A DNA stretch of 64,000 nucleotides, taken from positions 1,213 to 65,212 of the IMG/VR virus record IMGVR_UViG_3300021135_000011. The stretch is one strand, 5' to 3'. This stretch comes from a virus. Lineage: Duplodnaviria > Caudoviricetes. Shown here in pieces: positions 30,009 to 39,651 of the stretch. How positions within the stretch are numbered: position 1 is the stretch's first letter; every line of letters starts with the position of its first letter. A model generated the notes under the pieces. The model ran no database searches and was not told where the DNA came from. It saw only the letters and a list, made by a program, of their open reading frames with translations. The position numbers were made by a program, and so were the translations under genes.

Positions 30009-30396
30009 CATCCTTTGGTATGAAGGCTGGTAATAATAAACAAGCATATCACCCTCACCCAAAGGATGATATGCTATTGTTCATTACCAATTATTATCCT
30101 CAGTATAAGTTAGTTTTGGCTGTTAGTGAGCAACAAGCAGTAAGACTCTGCTAACATTTAAAATGCATTTCGACTTATATGGAGTCTTTAGGGGTGATTT
30201 CTAAAGGCATACAAGTCTGATTACGTCAATCTTACAGGATTGTGGCGATATGCCTGAGTACTCAATACAAAAGGCAATTAGATGAGAGATATGGACATAA
30301 AAAAGCCCATTGATTGGATGTAGGAGCATCTTCTCAACAGGCTAGATATAAGTGTTTATGCTAATATCTCAAAAGTTATGATCAGTTGCTCCTACA
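30009..30396 (+). ncRNA. Series of stem-loops (one or several RNAs)
   Basis: catcctttgg/ccaaaggatg (30009-30068), ttgttcatta/tagtgagcaa (30077-30133), tgtaggagca/tgctcctaca (30319-30396). Confidence 0.5.
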
Positions 30397-30452
30397 ACTA
30401 TAATACAATATAAACAAAGTATTTGAATCTACCAAATGGTAGAAATCTAAAG

Positions 30453-30484
30453 CAAAGATACGTAAGTTTATTTAATTAACCAAA
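30453..30484 (-). promoter_or_regulatory. Bacteroidota-type promoter TTTG-N20-TATCTTTG (antisense orientation)
   Basis: Exact consensus; no minus-strand ORF of 60 aa or more until 29313. Confidence 0.7.
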
Positions 30485-30492
30485 TTTATTTT

Positions 30493-30651
30493 AAATAATA
30501 AAGGCTAAATATAAAAATATCGTGGATAGTATGAAACGGTATAATTAGAATAGAATAGTTGTAAAAATGCATAGCCCGGAAAAACGGTTGTTAAGGTTTG
30601 TGCTATACCTAAATCGTCTATTAATTCTAATTTGTTTAGTCTTTATTATTT
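30493..30651 (+). ncRNA. Putative structured RNA
   Basis: 19-bp closing stem aaataataaaggctaaata/tgtttagtctttattattt (2 G-U); inner aattagaat/attctaatt. Confidence 0.6.
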
Positions 30652-30716
30652 ATAATTAGTTGCATGCCTAAAAATATTTATATTACATTTATTCATTATA
30701 TTAAAAACTCAAACAA

Positions 30717-30929
30717 ATGAAAAGTATAATCACAATATCAAATCTGGATAAAAACCAATTTTTCTTTACAACAGATCATTGTCAGCCACATAATTTAGGC
30801 GATGCATGGGTTAGTTGTACTACGTCCAATACTACAAGAGAAATAGTAAAAAATCAGGAAGAAAATGCAATTAATGAATGGACTAGATGTATTGAAATAC
30901 CTAATCCACAACCAGAATATCAGGCTTAA
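30717..30929 (+). CDS. Hypothetical protein
   Basis: AAAACTCAAACAA leader then ATG. Confidence 0.6.
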   Translation: MKSIITISNLDKNQFFFTTDHCQPHNLGDAWVSCTTSNTTREIVKNQEENAINEWTRCIEIPNPQPEYQA

Positions 30930-31300
30930 TAATTAATTGTGTCTTAAAAATTGAAAATTATTATTTAATCCTATTATAAAAATTCAAACAAATGCAAACA
31001 AAAGAAATAATAATAAATAAAGAATTAGCTTTAAAAGTCAAAGAAACAGTTTCTCATGGCTTATGTAAGGGAAAATTTTCAATTCATAAATCATAAATTA
31101 ACTAATATGAAAAACAAACTATTATTCTGGATCTATATAACAGCTATTTTATGTTTAGCTGGTTGTATACAAAATTATTAAATATACTAGGATCGTTAGT
31201 TAACATTACATCGAAATGAATTAGATATGTAGCAACCTCTCAAAGAAGTTCATGGACTATATATTATTTATAATATTATTAACTATTAAAACTTATTAAC

Positions 31301-31498
31301 ATGTTTTTTAACTTATTTGAAATAAAGATAATAAAGAAAGTCAAAAGAAAAAAGATTAGTAATGCAAAAGTAAAAAATAATACGTGCCCAAATTGTGGTA
31401 ATAGGTTAATAAGAAGTAACACAGATGATTTTAGTGATCCTTGTGATGATTTAGATTGTGATAACTGTGGATTTCATACTGTTGAATTTGTTGCTTAA
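31301..31498 (+). CDS. Zn-ribbon protein
   Basis: CPNCG...CDNCGF. Confidence 0.65.
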   Translation: MFFNLFEIKIIKKVKRKKISNAKVKNNTCPNCGNRLIRSNTDDFSDPCDDLDCDNCGFHTVEFVA

Positions 31499-31612
31499 TT
31501 GCACATCAATTTTATAATTTTTATCCGAAATGGTCGTTATGAAACGCAAGTTTCTTATACTGTTTCTGAGAGAATTTCGTTTGTTTAATTGCCTAGTTAT
31601 TAAAATTTATTA

Positions 31613-31763
31613 ATATAAATAATGTCTTAGGTAAAGGTGATGTGTAATATTATTATATTCTTTTGCACTGTAAACGCAAAAATTGTAGAAATACATATAT
31701 AATATATTGCAATTTTGGGGCCGCAATCCGCAAGTTTACTTTTATCTAAGATCTTATTTATAT
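31613..31763 (+). ncRNA. Putative structured RNA
   Basis: Closing atataaataa/ttatttatat plus tcttaggtaaaggt/acttttatctaaga (G-U pairs). Confidence 0.6.
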
Positions 31764-31813
31764 ATTATTGCGTTTTTAAGAAAATTTTTTAATCTATTAT
31801 TAAATATTATTAT

Positions 31814-31990
31814 ATGTATATTCACAATGCAGGAAAATTTCGGTTAAAAGGTAATAATATATATTTTATGCTATTTGGATTAATACCTGTTTATTTAGGT
31901 TATATATCTGGAGCAAAATATAGTGATAGAGAATTAATAAATGGCGCAATATCTAAAGAATTTTATGATATTGTAAGTAAATTTAAATAA
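31814..31990 (+). CDS. Micro-ORF (58 aa)
   Basis: MYIHNAGKFRLKGNNIYFMLFGLIPVYLGY...; below the track cutoff. Confidence 0.45.
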   Translation: MYIHNAGKFRLKGNNIYFMLFGLIPVYLGYISGAKYSDRELINGAISKEFYDIVSKFK

Positions 31991-32184
31991 TTGCCTTATT
32001 TAGGCTTTAACTAATAAAAATTAATAATATGGAAAGATATAGATTTATTGGTACAGTATCATATGATAATACATATATTTGTGATATTTATTGGGATAGA
32101 TTTGATTTATGTAAAGTTTATAGTATCGGTTATCTGTAATTAATTGCATTTATAAAAATATTTTTAACTCAAAAACTTAAAAAC

Positions 32185-32463
32185 ATGCGTACGAAAGTAG
32201 AAGTAATCGAAGTAGATGGAGAAGGATTAGAATCACTTCTCAACAAAAATGTAATGATAATGTGTTTTAATTATTTCTATACAGGTAAACTTGTAGGAGT
32301 AAATGATACATTTATTAAATTAGAAAATCCCCATATTGTCTATGAAACAGGTGCATTTTCTGATAAAAAATTCAAGGACGCACAAAAAATATCTGATAAT
32401 CCACACTACATTCAGATATCAGCAATAGAATCATATTGTGAATCAACAAAAACTTTGATATGA
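32185..32463 (+). CDS. Sm/LSm-like fold protein
   Basis: LESLLNKNVMIMC..YFYTGKLVGVNDTFIKLEN (Sm1-like) and HYIQISAIES (Sm2-like). Confidence 0.65.
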   Translation: MRTKVEVIEVDGEGLESLLNKNVMIMCFNYFYTGKLVGVNDTFIKLENPHIVYETGAFSDKKFKDAQKISDNPHYIQISAIESYCESTKTLI

Positions 32464-32630
32464 GCCTAAGACCACAATCTCGATTAAATAAAGTTTATAG
32501 GTCAGGGTCAGGGTCAGGGTCATGGTCAAGGTCATGGTCAGGGTCAAGGTCATGGTCAAGGTCAGGGTCAGGGTCATGGTCAAGGTCAAGGTCAAGGTCA
32601 GGGTCAGGGTCATGGTCAGGGTCAGTGTAA
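32460..32630 (+). CDS. 56-aa RS/GS/WS dipeptide-repeat peptide
   Basis: ATGA overlap with the Sm-like stop; MSLRPQSRLNKVY-RSGSGSGSWSRSWSGSRSWSRSGSGSWSRSRSRSGSGSWSGS-V*. Confidence 0.7.
   Translation: MSLRPQSRLNKVYRSGSGSGSWSRSWSGSRSWSRSGSGSWSRSRSRSGSGSWSGSV
32499..32624 (+). repeat. Tandem hexamer [A/G/T]GGTCA x21
   Basis: 21 contiguous units; only the first base varies (7 A, 9 G, 5 T). Confidence 0.98.
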
Positions 32631-32635
32631 TATAC

Positions 32636-32769
32636 TAAACTAATTCAAATAGGATAGACTGCAGCGAAGAGTTTTAACCTCATTTATGATATCCGTAGAA
32701 AGATTAGAAGGTAAGTCAATGTTTATGTATAAAGATAGATATACTATTACAACTCTTTCAATTAGTTTA
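32636..32769 (+). ncRNA. Putative structured RNA
   Basis: taaactaatt/aattagttta closing stem, gaagagtt/aactcttt inner stem. Confidence 0.4.
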
Positions 32770-32801
32770 AATTGCATGACTCAAAAAAATTATTATTGTT
32801 T

Positions 32802-32898
32802 AAGATCTTTAGTAGGTAGACAGGTAAATTGTAAGACTTGGAAATAAACTATATCTACAACAAGAAATTTATTTCTTTATCTATCTACTAAAGATCTT
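32802..32898 (+). ncRNA. Putative structured RNA
   Basis: 19-bp stem aagatctttagtaggtaga/tctatctactaaagatctt (1 G-U), 59-nt interior. Confidence 0.6.
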
Positions 32899-33100
32899 TT
32901 ACTAAAACAACAAAATTATGAAAACAAAAACTAAACAAATAAGATTTCTATCTATATTAACTATAGGTAGATTTGAAGACGGTGATATTCTTTTAAATAA
33001 ATCTAGAACTAATTGTGTTATGTTTACTCTTTTTGGTTTAGATGTTTATTTGAATTAAAATGCACGACAATTTTGCAAAAATATTAAATAAAAATTCAAT

Positions 33101-33340
33101 ATGAATCAACAGGAAAAGCAAAAAACATTACAAAAACTCTACGATATGACTTTTGTACCAAAAGAATGGGTAGAATTTAATGGAGATTATAAAAAATGCA
33201 TGCAAGATATTAGACTCAAAGATGGTACAGAAATAGAAGAATGTTGGCCTAATGCTGGAAAATTTAATGTTTTTTCTATTAAACATAAACCAATACCTAT
33301 TTCTGAAGTTACCCATGTAAAAGCACATAAAGGATGGTAA
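33101..33340 (+). CDS. Hypothetical protein
   Basis: DIRLKDGTEIEECWPNAGKF. Confidence 0.65.
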   Translation: MNQQEKQKTLQKLYDMTFVPKEWVEFNGDYKKCMQDIRLKDGTEIEECWPNAGKFNVFSIKHKPIPISEVTHVKAHKGW

Positions 33341-33353
33341 ACAAATTAAAAAC

Positions 33354-33431
33354 TAAATAGGCAGAGAGAAAGATAATAGTAATCTATATACAGGCAGGAC
33401 TTAAGTTGTTTGTATTATCTCTGTCTATTTG
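33354..33431 (+). ncRNA. Putative structured RNA/processing hairpin
   Basis: taaataggcagaga/tctctgtctatttg (14 bp, 2 G-U). Confidence 0.5.
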
Positions 33432-33783
33432 ATTAAATTGTAAAAAATATTTTTTAATCAATTAAAAACTCAAATTTATGGTAACAACAATTGTATTTGG
33501 TATTGCATTAATATATTCTATAATGTATATACAGCTATTTGTAATGACAATATATGCAAAAAGCAAATTAGAAAATATAGACCTCGCAATATGTCTTTTA
33601 AGTTGTATTTTATGGTCTTGGTTATGGTATTTATGTCATTAAAACTCAAAACTTATGAAAAATAGAATAGCAAATAATTTTGAAAATAGTCAAAATACAT
33701 ATGGTAATGGTAATGGTTATTCACTATTAATTAGAATCCGACTATTTCCATAGTTGGATTATTTTTAAAATAAATGCAAAATT

Positions 33784-33993
33784 ATGCATAAAATATTAAA
33801 AAAATTTGCTATATGGCCCACGCAAGTTACAATAAGTTGGGATAAATATAAATTCACTTGGATATTTCTTAAAACATATTATGTAATAGATAATGTAAGA
33901 TTTAGATGGCGCAAAGATGCATTAGAATTTTCTACAAGATTTTTAAAAGATGAATTGCAAAAAGAAATAAAAGAATTAAAAGAAAAAATATGA
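33784..33993 (+). CDS. Hypothetical protein
   Basis: KKFAIWP...WIFLKTY. Confidence 0.55.
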   Translation: MHKILKKFAIWPTQVTISWDKYKFTWIFLKTYYVIDNVRFRWRKDALEFSTRFLKDELQKEIKELKEKI

Positions 33994-34186
33994 AAAAAGA
34001 ACATTTTACACCGTTATTCACGGCTATAATATTATACTTAGTTTGGTTTGCATTTTTTGGATTATGTGTGCATTTACCAATTAGTATAGTATTAGTACCT
34101 TGGATAATAGGATTAGTAAGTTATATTATATTGAAAAGATTAAAATTTTTTATTTAACAATTAACAACAAACAAAACACAAACAAA

Positions 34187-34762
34187 ATGAAAAAGTACCT
34201 ATTAATTGCAATTAGTTTATTATCTCTTACAAGTTGTGAGTATGATAATCATCCGAGAAATACATCTGCAATAGATGAACAAGCACACACGGAATTAAAT
34301 CAACGCGATTTAAACCAAAAACAACCTGCACCTACAATTACATGGAGCCTTGAAAGAGATAATCTCATTAAAAGGTTTAAACTGCAAAATGATCGTGCAG
34401 TAATGTTTTATATGTATATATTCATAGAAGGACAAGGGCAACCAATTGGTTATTATCAGATAAATAAAGTATCTTCTGTAAATAGCCAACTTACAAATAC
34501 ACAACAAGTTGTACCTTTTCACATGTATGGTGGTGGGTATACTTATGATATTCTACCAAGTCCCGCAGAAGATGGTTCTTATGGTACAAATGGTGATGGT
34601 ATGTTTGGATTTACACCTGATGACATCTATATAGAAACAGATATGCATTATATTACAAGCACAATCCCACTTACATTTGAGAAACCTGTTAATTGTATAG
34701 CAATAATTACAACAGAACAAGCACGAAAAGCATTAGAAATTTCTAAAAAAGCAATGCAATAA
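34187..34762 (+). CDS. Lipoprotein
   Basis: MKKYLLIAISLLSLTSC lipobox; SLERDNL, KVSSVNSQLT, PAEDGSYGTN. Confidence 0.8.
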   Translation: MKKYLLIAISLLSLTSCEYDNHPRNTSAIDEQAHTELNQRDLNQKQPAPTITWSLERDNLIKRFKLQNDRAVMFYMYIFIEGQGQPIGYYQINKVSSVNSQLTNTQQVVPFHMYGGGYTYDILPSPAEDGSYGTNGDGMFGFTPDDIYIETDMHYITSTIPLTFEKPVNCIAIITTEQARKALEISKKAMQ

Positions 34763-34764
34763 TT

Positions 34765-35151
34765 ATGAAAACATTTGGAATAATAGTATTATGCTTATTA
34801 GGTGTAGTTGCCTTAAGTATTTTTGGGTTTATGGGTACAACCTGTAATAATGCACAAAATCAAGTGCAAGACCATGTAGTAAATAATTCATTTAACAGTT
34901 ATGAAGAGTTTCAAGAGATATATAACACTTGTCAACAAGTTAATGATGATCTTGGAACTATAAAAGATGCGAATGAAAATGACAAAATGTTTGCTCAATT
35001 TTCAAAAACTTCTCAGCAAACCGCATTAAAAAAGAAAATGAATCGTTGGATAGAAGAATATAATGCAAAATCTAAAATGTGGAATAGAAGCATGTGGAAA
35101 TCAAATACATTACCATATCAACTATCTGCAAAAGATTTTAGTAATTACTAA
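34765..35151 (+). CDS. Membrane-anchored partner of the lipoprotein
   Basis: N-terminal TM; IEEYNAKSKMWNR. Confidence 0.7.
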   Translation: MKTFGIIVLCLLGVVALSIFGFMGTTCNNAQNQVQDHVVNNSFNSYEEFQEIYNTCQQVNDDLGTIKDANENDKMFAQFSKTSQQTALKKKMNRWIEEYNAKSKMWNRSMWKSNTLPYQLSAKDFSNY

Positions 35152-35170
35152 TTAAAAATTGTGCATAATA

Positions 35171-35270
35171 ATAAAATAGCAGAGAATGTGTATAAAACAA
35201 GAAACTTGCTCAGTCTAAGGATTAGAAATCTAAGAACGCAGTCGTATTAAGCACTTCTCTACTATTTTAT
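35171..35270 (+). ncRNA. Putative structured RNA
   Basis: ataaaatag-c-agagaa/ttctct-a-ctattttat closing stem. Confidence 0.5.
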
Positions 35271-35438
35271 CTATTAGCTCTGTAAAAAGGGTTAGGCTGT
35301 TATAATCTGCATAAACATTGTTCACCAATTTTGGGTATAATACAATGTGAGAAGATGTGATTTCTATAGGGTAAATGCAGACTAATATAGAAATTGTTCA
35401 TATTATAGCAGTGCTTAAACAATTTAAAACTCAAAAAA

Positions 35439-35654
35439 ATGCAAACGCAACCAAAAATTTACATCATCGGAGGGCAAATAACAGAAATACCTCAAATTGC
35501 AGAAGCTACACAGTATCCTCAGATACAAAAACAGTTTCATCCACGCACACACCCAAATATAAAATTGCAGCAAAAAATTCAAAAGAAACTGCATAAACAG
35601 TCAAAGTTTACCAAAAAAATACACAGTTTAACAGAATTAGAAGTAAGACATTAG
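35439..35654 (+). CDS. Basic hypothetical protein
   Basis: AAAACTCAAAAAA leader before ATG. Confidence 0.55.
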   Translation: MQTQPKIYIIGGQITEIPQIAEATQYPQIQKQFHPRTHPNIKLQQKIQKKLHKQSKFTKKIHSLTELEVRH

Positions 35655-35666
35655 GATTTTTGAGTT

Positions 35667-35732
35667 CTCAGATAATAGGTGCGGTGTGTATAAGCCGTTA
35701 AATAGTATCATATATACAGCCTGTTATCTGAG
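35667..35732 (+). ncRNA. Stem-loop (RNA element or terminator)
   Basis: ctcagataatagg/cctgttatctgag (13 bp, 1 G-U), inner gtgtata/tatatac, T-run follows. Confidence 0.5.
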
Positions 35733-35782
35733 TTTTTAAAACGCAAATCTATTAAAATTTTTTAAAATTCAATCTAAATAAA

Positions 35783-36004
35783 ATGACAACACTAACAAAA
35801 TTTTCAAAAAAACGCAGTGCAATTAATAGAAGATCTATAGTTAAAACACGACTAGAAGAACAATTACTTGCAGGAACTAAACAAAAAAAGTTTTTTGTAG
35901 ACGCAGAAGGTAACTTTACCCCCGCAATAGAAATGATTCCCTTAGAAGAATTAGATAAAGTACGCATTACTAAAGAAATAGCAACCTTACAAACAAGAAT
36001 GTAA
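35783..36004 (+). CDS. Hypothetical protein
   Basis: ORF track. Confidence 0.6.
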   Translation: MTTLTKFSKKRSAINRRSIVKTRLEEQLLAGTKQKKFFVDAEGNFTPAIEMIPLEELDKVRITKEIATLQTRM

Positions 36005-36005
36005 A

Positions 36006-36320
36006 ATGGAAACACTTATAATAGTAATTGGTGTAATAGCAGGCTTAGGTCTGCTAATGTGGTATTCTGCAGCAATGGGAGGTTTTGTGGTATATAAATT
36101 TTGGTATTGGTTTTTGTTACCAATTTTTCCAAATTTACCACATATAAACTATTGGGAAGCAGTTTCTTTAATGATGTTTATTAATTTATGTAAAAGTTCA
36201 TACACAGATAATATAAAAAAAGAATATAAAGATTCACAAAATTTTTACATAATAAAGGCAATACTTAATCCAATTTTACAATTATTAATTGGATATATTG
36301 TCTACAAATGTATTTATTAA
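36006..36320 (+). CDS. Multi-TM membrane protein
   Basis: GFVVYKFWYWFLLPIF, several hydrophobic segments. Confidence 0.7.
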   Translation: METLIIVIGVIAGLGLLMWYSAAMGGFVVYKFWYWFLLPIFPNLPHINYWEAVSLMMFINLCKSSYTDNIKKEYKDSQNFYIIKAILNPILQLLIGYIVYKCIY

Positions 36321-36400
36321 AATACTATAGGTTTTATCAGTTTAGATTCTTGTAAGAAAACTGATTTTTAAATTATTGAAAAACTCTAAAAAATTTATTT

Positions 36401-36739
36401 ATGAAATTATTATCAATAGCTTTAATTCTAAGTATAGGATTAAATGCATCTGCTCAATCTGATTTATATACTCAATCTTTTAAAGGAGATTCTATTAGAA
36501 TTGAAAAGCAAAAATATTGGTGTTATGCGTCTGTAGAAAATATTTTTGAAAATGCAACACCCTTTATAACAACAGATAACCTATATTTTACAGTATCTTA
36601 TAGTAAGTACATGCTCTATGATAATCTAACGCAAACAAGGTATATCTGTACATCACTTAGAGATTCTAATATTACACCCCACTTAGTATATCTAATAAAT
36701 CTAATCAGAGAAAATCGTGTATATAACAAATCTTATTAG
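36401..36739 (+). CDS. Secreted hypothetical protein
   Basis: Bacteroidota-like signal peptide ending ASA-Q. Confidence 0.6.
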   Translation: MKLLSIALILSIGLNASAQSDLYTQSFKGDSIRIEKQKYWCYASVENIFENATPFITTDNLYFTVSYSKYMLYDNLTQTRYICTSLRDSNITPHLVYLINLIRENRVYNKSY

Positions 36740-36834
36740 TATGGGAAACTTTCAAGCAATTTGCCACTATCTTACAATAATAATAGTGGTACAGATTATT
36801 TCAAAAACAATTTTAAGGTGGCAAGAAAATAAAT

Positions 36835-37359
36835 ATGAAGATGAATGAAAAGGAATTTCAAGAAGATTTATATAGAAATTATTTAAGTAGATTTATTGGA
36901 TATGTATTAAAACGTCGTTGTAGTTTACAATATTGTGATGCACAAGAAATTGCACATAATGCATTTTTAAATATATTTAAATATAGAAACAATATTAAAA
37001 ATGATGCGGCGTTTGATTCGTGGATGTTTAAAGTGTTACATAACGCCATGAACCAATATGTCCAAAGAAATTATGAAAAAATTTCTGCAATAAAGATTAC
37101 GCTATTTGAGAATCTCCATGATAATGTATTACAAGATATACCAAATTATCAAGAGATTGAAGAAGAACTTATTAAAAAAAAATTAGAAAATGCAATAGGT
37201 CGGGAATCTGCATATAAAAAACATGCTTATACAATAGTAAAAATGTATAATCAAGGATATAATTGCCGAGATATTTCAGAAAAAATAGGATTAGCTTATA
37301 GGCATACTAAAAGTATTAAACAACACGCATATAAACAACTAAAAAACTTATTAAAATGA
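36835..37359 (+). CDS. ECF-type sigma-70 family factor
   Basis: Region 2 DAQEIAHNAFL...FDSWMFKVLHN; region 4 GYNCRDISEKIG. Confidence 0.85.
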   Translation: MKMNEKEFQEDLYRNYLSRFIGYVLKRRCSLQYCDAQEIAHNAFLNIFKYRNNIKNDAAFDSWMFKVLHNAMNQYVQRNYEKISAIKITLFENLHDNVLQDIPNYQEIEEELIKKKLENAIGRESAYKKHAYTIVKMYNQGYNCRDISEKIGLAYRHTKSIKQHAYKQLKNLLK

Positions 37360-39642
37360 GTAAGAATAGCCGTAGAAACCAACGCAAATTATTTAAAGAA
37401 ATTTGTGATAACGTATTAGGGTTAGATATAATACCTAATAGAAAACGCAATATACATAATATAAAAAGCCACAAAAATAAGGCAACGCATTCATTGCACA
37501 AAGATTCAAAAGAGACAAAAATAAAACGTGCCACAGGATTTAGACCTTTTGCACACAGTAATCACGGAGCAGAATAAATAAAAACTAATGGAAAAGGAAG
37601 ATAATATAACAGAACAAGAATACTTAGGATTATTAAATAGCTTGGATTGGTATTATAATTTTTCTGATTCAAATGCCGTGCAGGAAGAAAATTTTTTAAA
37701 AGACGCAAGATTAAAAAGACTTGCAATAAATAATTCAAGATTCAAAGAATTATATCATAACGAACAACAAAAACGATTTAAAAGAAATTAAAATGAAAAA
37801 AAGCAACGGATTCGGTATCAGCTATATATCCTTAATATACATTAAATAATGCAATTAATAAAAAATTTAGAAGATTTGCAATTTGTTTTGAATTCCAAAG
37901 AAGAATATAGCTTATATACAGATCATTGTGGAAAAAAGATATTAATTTCACATGAAATGGTTTTAAGAACGCAACTTTGTCAAATAATTGCAAATATAAA
38001 AATAAAAAAATATTGGTTTGAACTCAAAAAATCTTAAATATGTCTAAAAAGTATTGCAAAAATTGCCACGCTATTACAAACCATACACGAGATTTAGATT
38101 GTTCTAAATGTGGTAGTACACACGAGGACACAATTGAAGAAGAAAAAGACACTGAATTAGACCTTGCCTGGAAAGATTCAGATTTTGAAGAAAGATATAG
38201 TAAAAGAGAACATAAAACTCATAGTTTAAGGGGTTGGTAAGTAATTAGAATAGTAGGTGTTGTAAGCAAAAGCAAATCAGAGATGATAACACACTGTCCA
38301 AATATTTTATTTGAGTTTTTTATTTGGAAGGAATTTTGGTATTAAATAGAGTCCAAACCTATTATTTTTTAAAATTGTCGTGCAGAATGGTACAAAAAGT
38401 AAAAAAATTAGTCACAGTGCGCAATCAAGCATGTGACAGAATTGAAGAATTTATATATTACTTAAGTGATTACGAAGAAAAAGAAGAAGAATTAAAAAAG
38501 TGTATACAAGAAATAATTATAGAGTTAAACCAAATTAAAGGAATGCATTCTATAATAACGTACCAAGATAAACAATTGCAAAAAGTCAAAAAAATTTTAA
38601 AGGCAAGCAAATACCCAGATGATTTATTTAAAAATCTTAAAGATCTGTGTAAATGTTTTGGAATAAATTAATTTTATGAAAAAAATAACAAATAAATTTA
38701 ATATAAACGACACTTGTTGGGTTATGTATCGTAACAAACCCTTACAAGTACTTGTTACAAAAATTAATCTATCAGAAGATGAAAAAAACATCTATTATAG
38801 CGTTAGAGCAACAAATAAAGAATTTCCAAATAGTTCATATGTAGATGCTGTAAATATATATAGCACTAAAGATGATTTAATAAGTTCATTATGACTACAA
38901 AAAATGAAATACCAATAAAACCATATAATAACACAGAAATTTTAAAAAAGGCAATGCAACCCACATATACTTTAGAAGATATGGAAAATCTTTGGAAATT
39001 CAAATCAAAAGTAAAATCAATGGATTGCACATTTAAGGAATATATGGAATCATTAAATGAACATAAAAATAAAAAATAATTACCGATTTATCAAAATTTT
39101 TTCGTAAATTTGTAATAAATAACTAAATTATGTCAGTAGAAAGAAAAAGTGTAGAAAAATCAGAATATCAACATTGGTCAAAGCATCCTAGTTATCTTGG
39201 ATTTGTAGCAATTCCTTCAGAATATCCTTCAGCTAAAATAAGTGGAATACAAGAAAATTCTAAAAATGAAAATGCACACCCTAGTATTAAAGAAAAACTA
39301 GAAAATGCTCTAAAGAAAAAATAATTATTAATAAAATCTAAATTAAAAACTCAAAAAATGAAAAAGCAAATCACAAAACCAGTATTAGAAGTAAAATCTA
39401 TTTTTAAGGGTGGGCAAGTACTACCAGAAACAGATTTAACTAAGAAGCATTCAATTTTAGAATTAGGGGTGCAAAAGAAGTATGAAAATGAAAAAGGTAA
39501 TATATCTATTCATAAATCAGAGAAATTGCGCGAAAAAAATTTAAAAAAAATGCAATTTAAACAAAAAAAGTCATTAAACCATCTATACAACTTCTTAGAA
39601 AAGAAATTAGAAGGAATGTTAATGGTACAAGGTAATAATTAA
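37356..39642 (+). other. Run of about ten small hypothetical CDS (37356, 37588, 37849, 38040, 38324, 38676, 38891, 39130, 39358)
   Basis: Co-oriented, closely packed ORFs in the track; 38040 has a CKNC/CSKC Zn ribbon, 38676 is KOW/SH3-like. Confidence 0.55.
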
Positions 39643-39651
39643 ATAAAACTC

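Noticed and set aside
29870-30154. 94-aa ORF in the track
   Set aside because: No typical leader or recognisable motif, and it lies across several RNA helices; more likely non-coding
32499-32624. CRISPR array or DGR variable region
   Set aside because: Units are 6 nt with no spacers; no template copy, reverse transcriptase or cas gene in the window
35375-35596. 73-aa ORF
   Set aside because: Overlaps 35439..35654, which has the recurrent AAAACTCAAA leader
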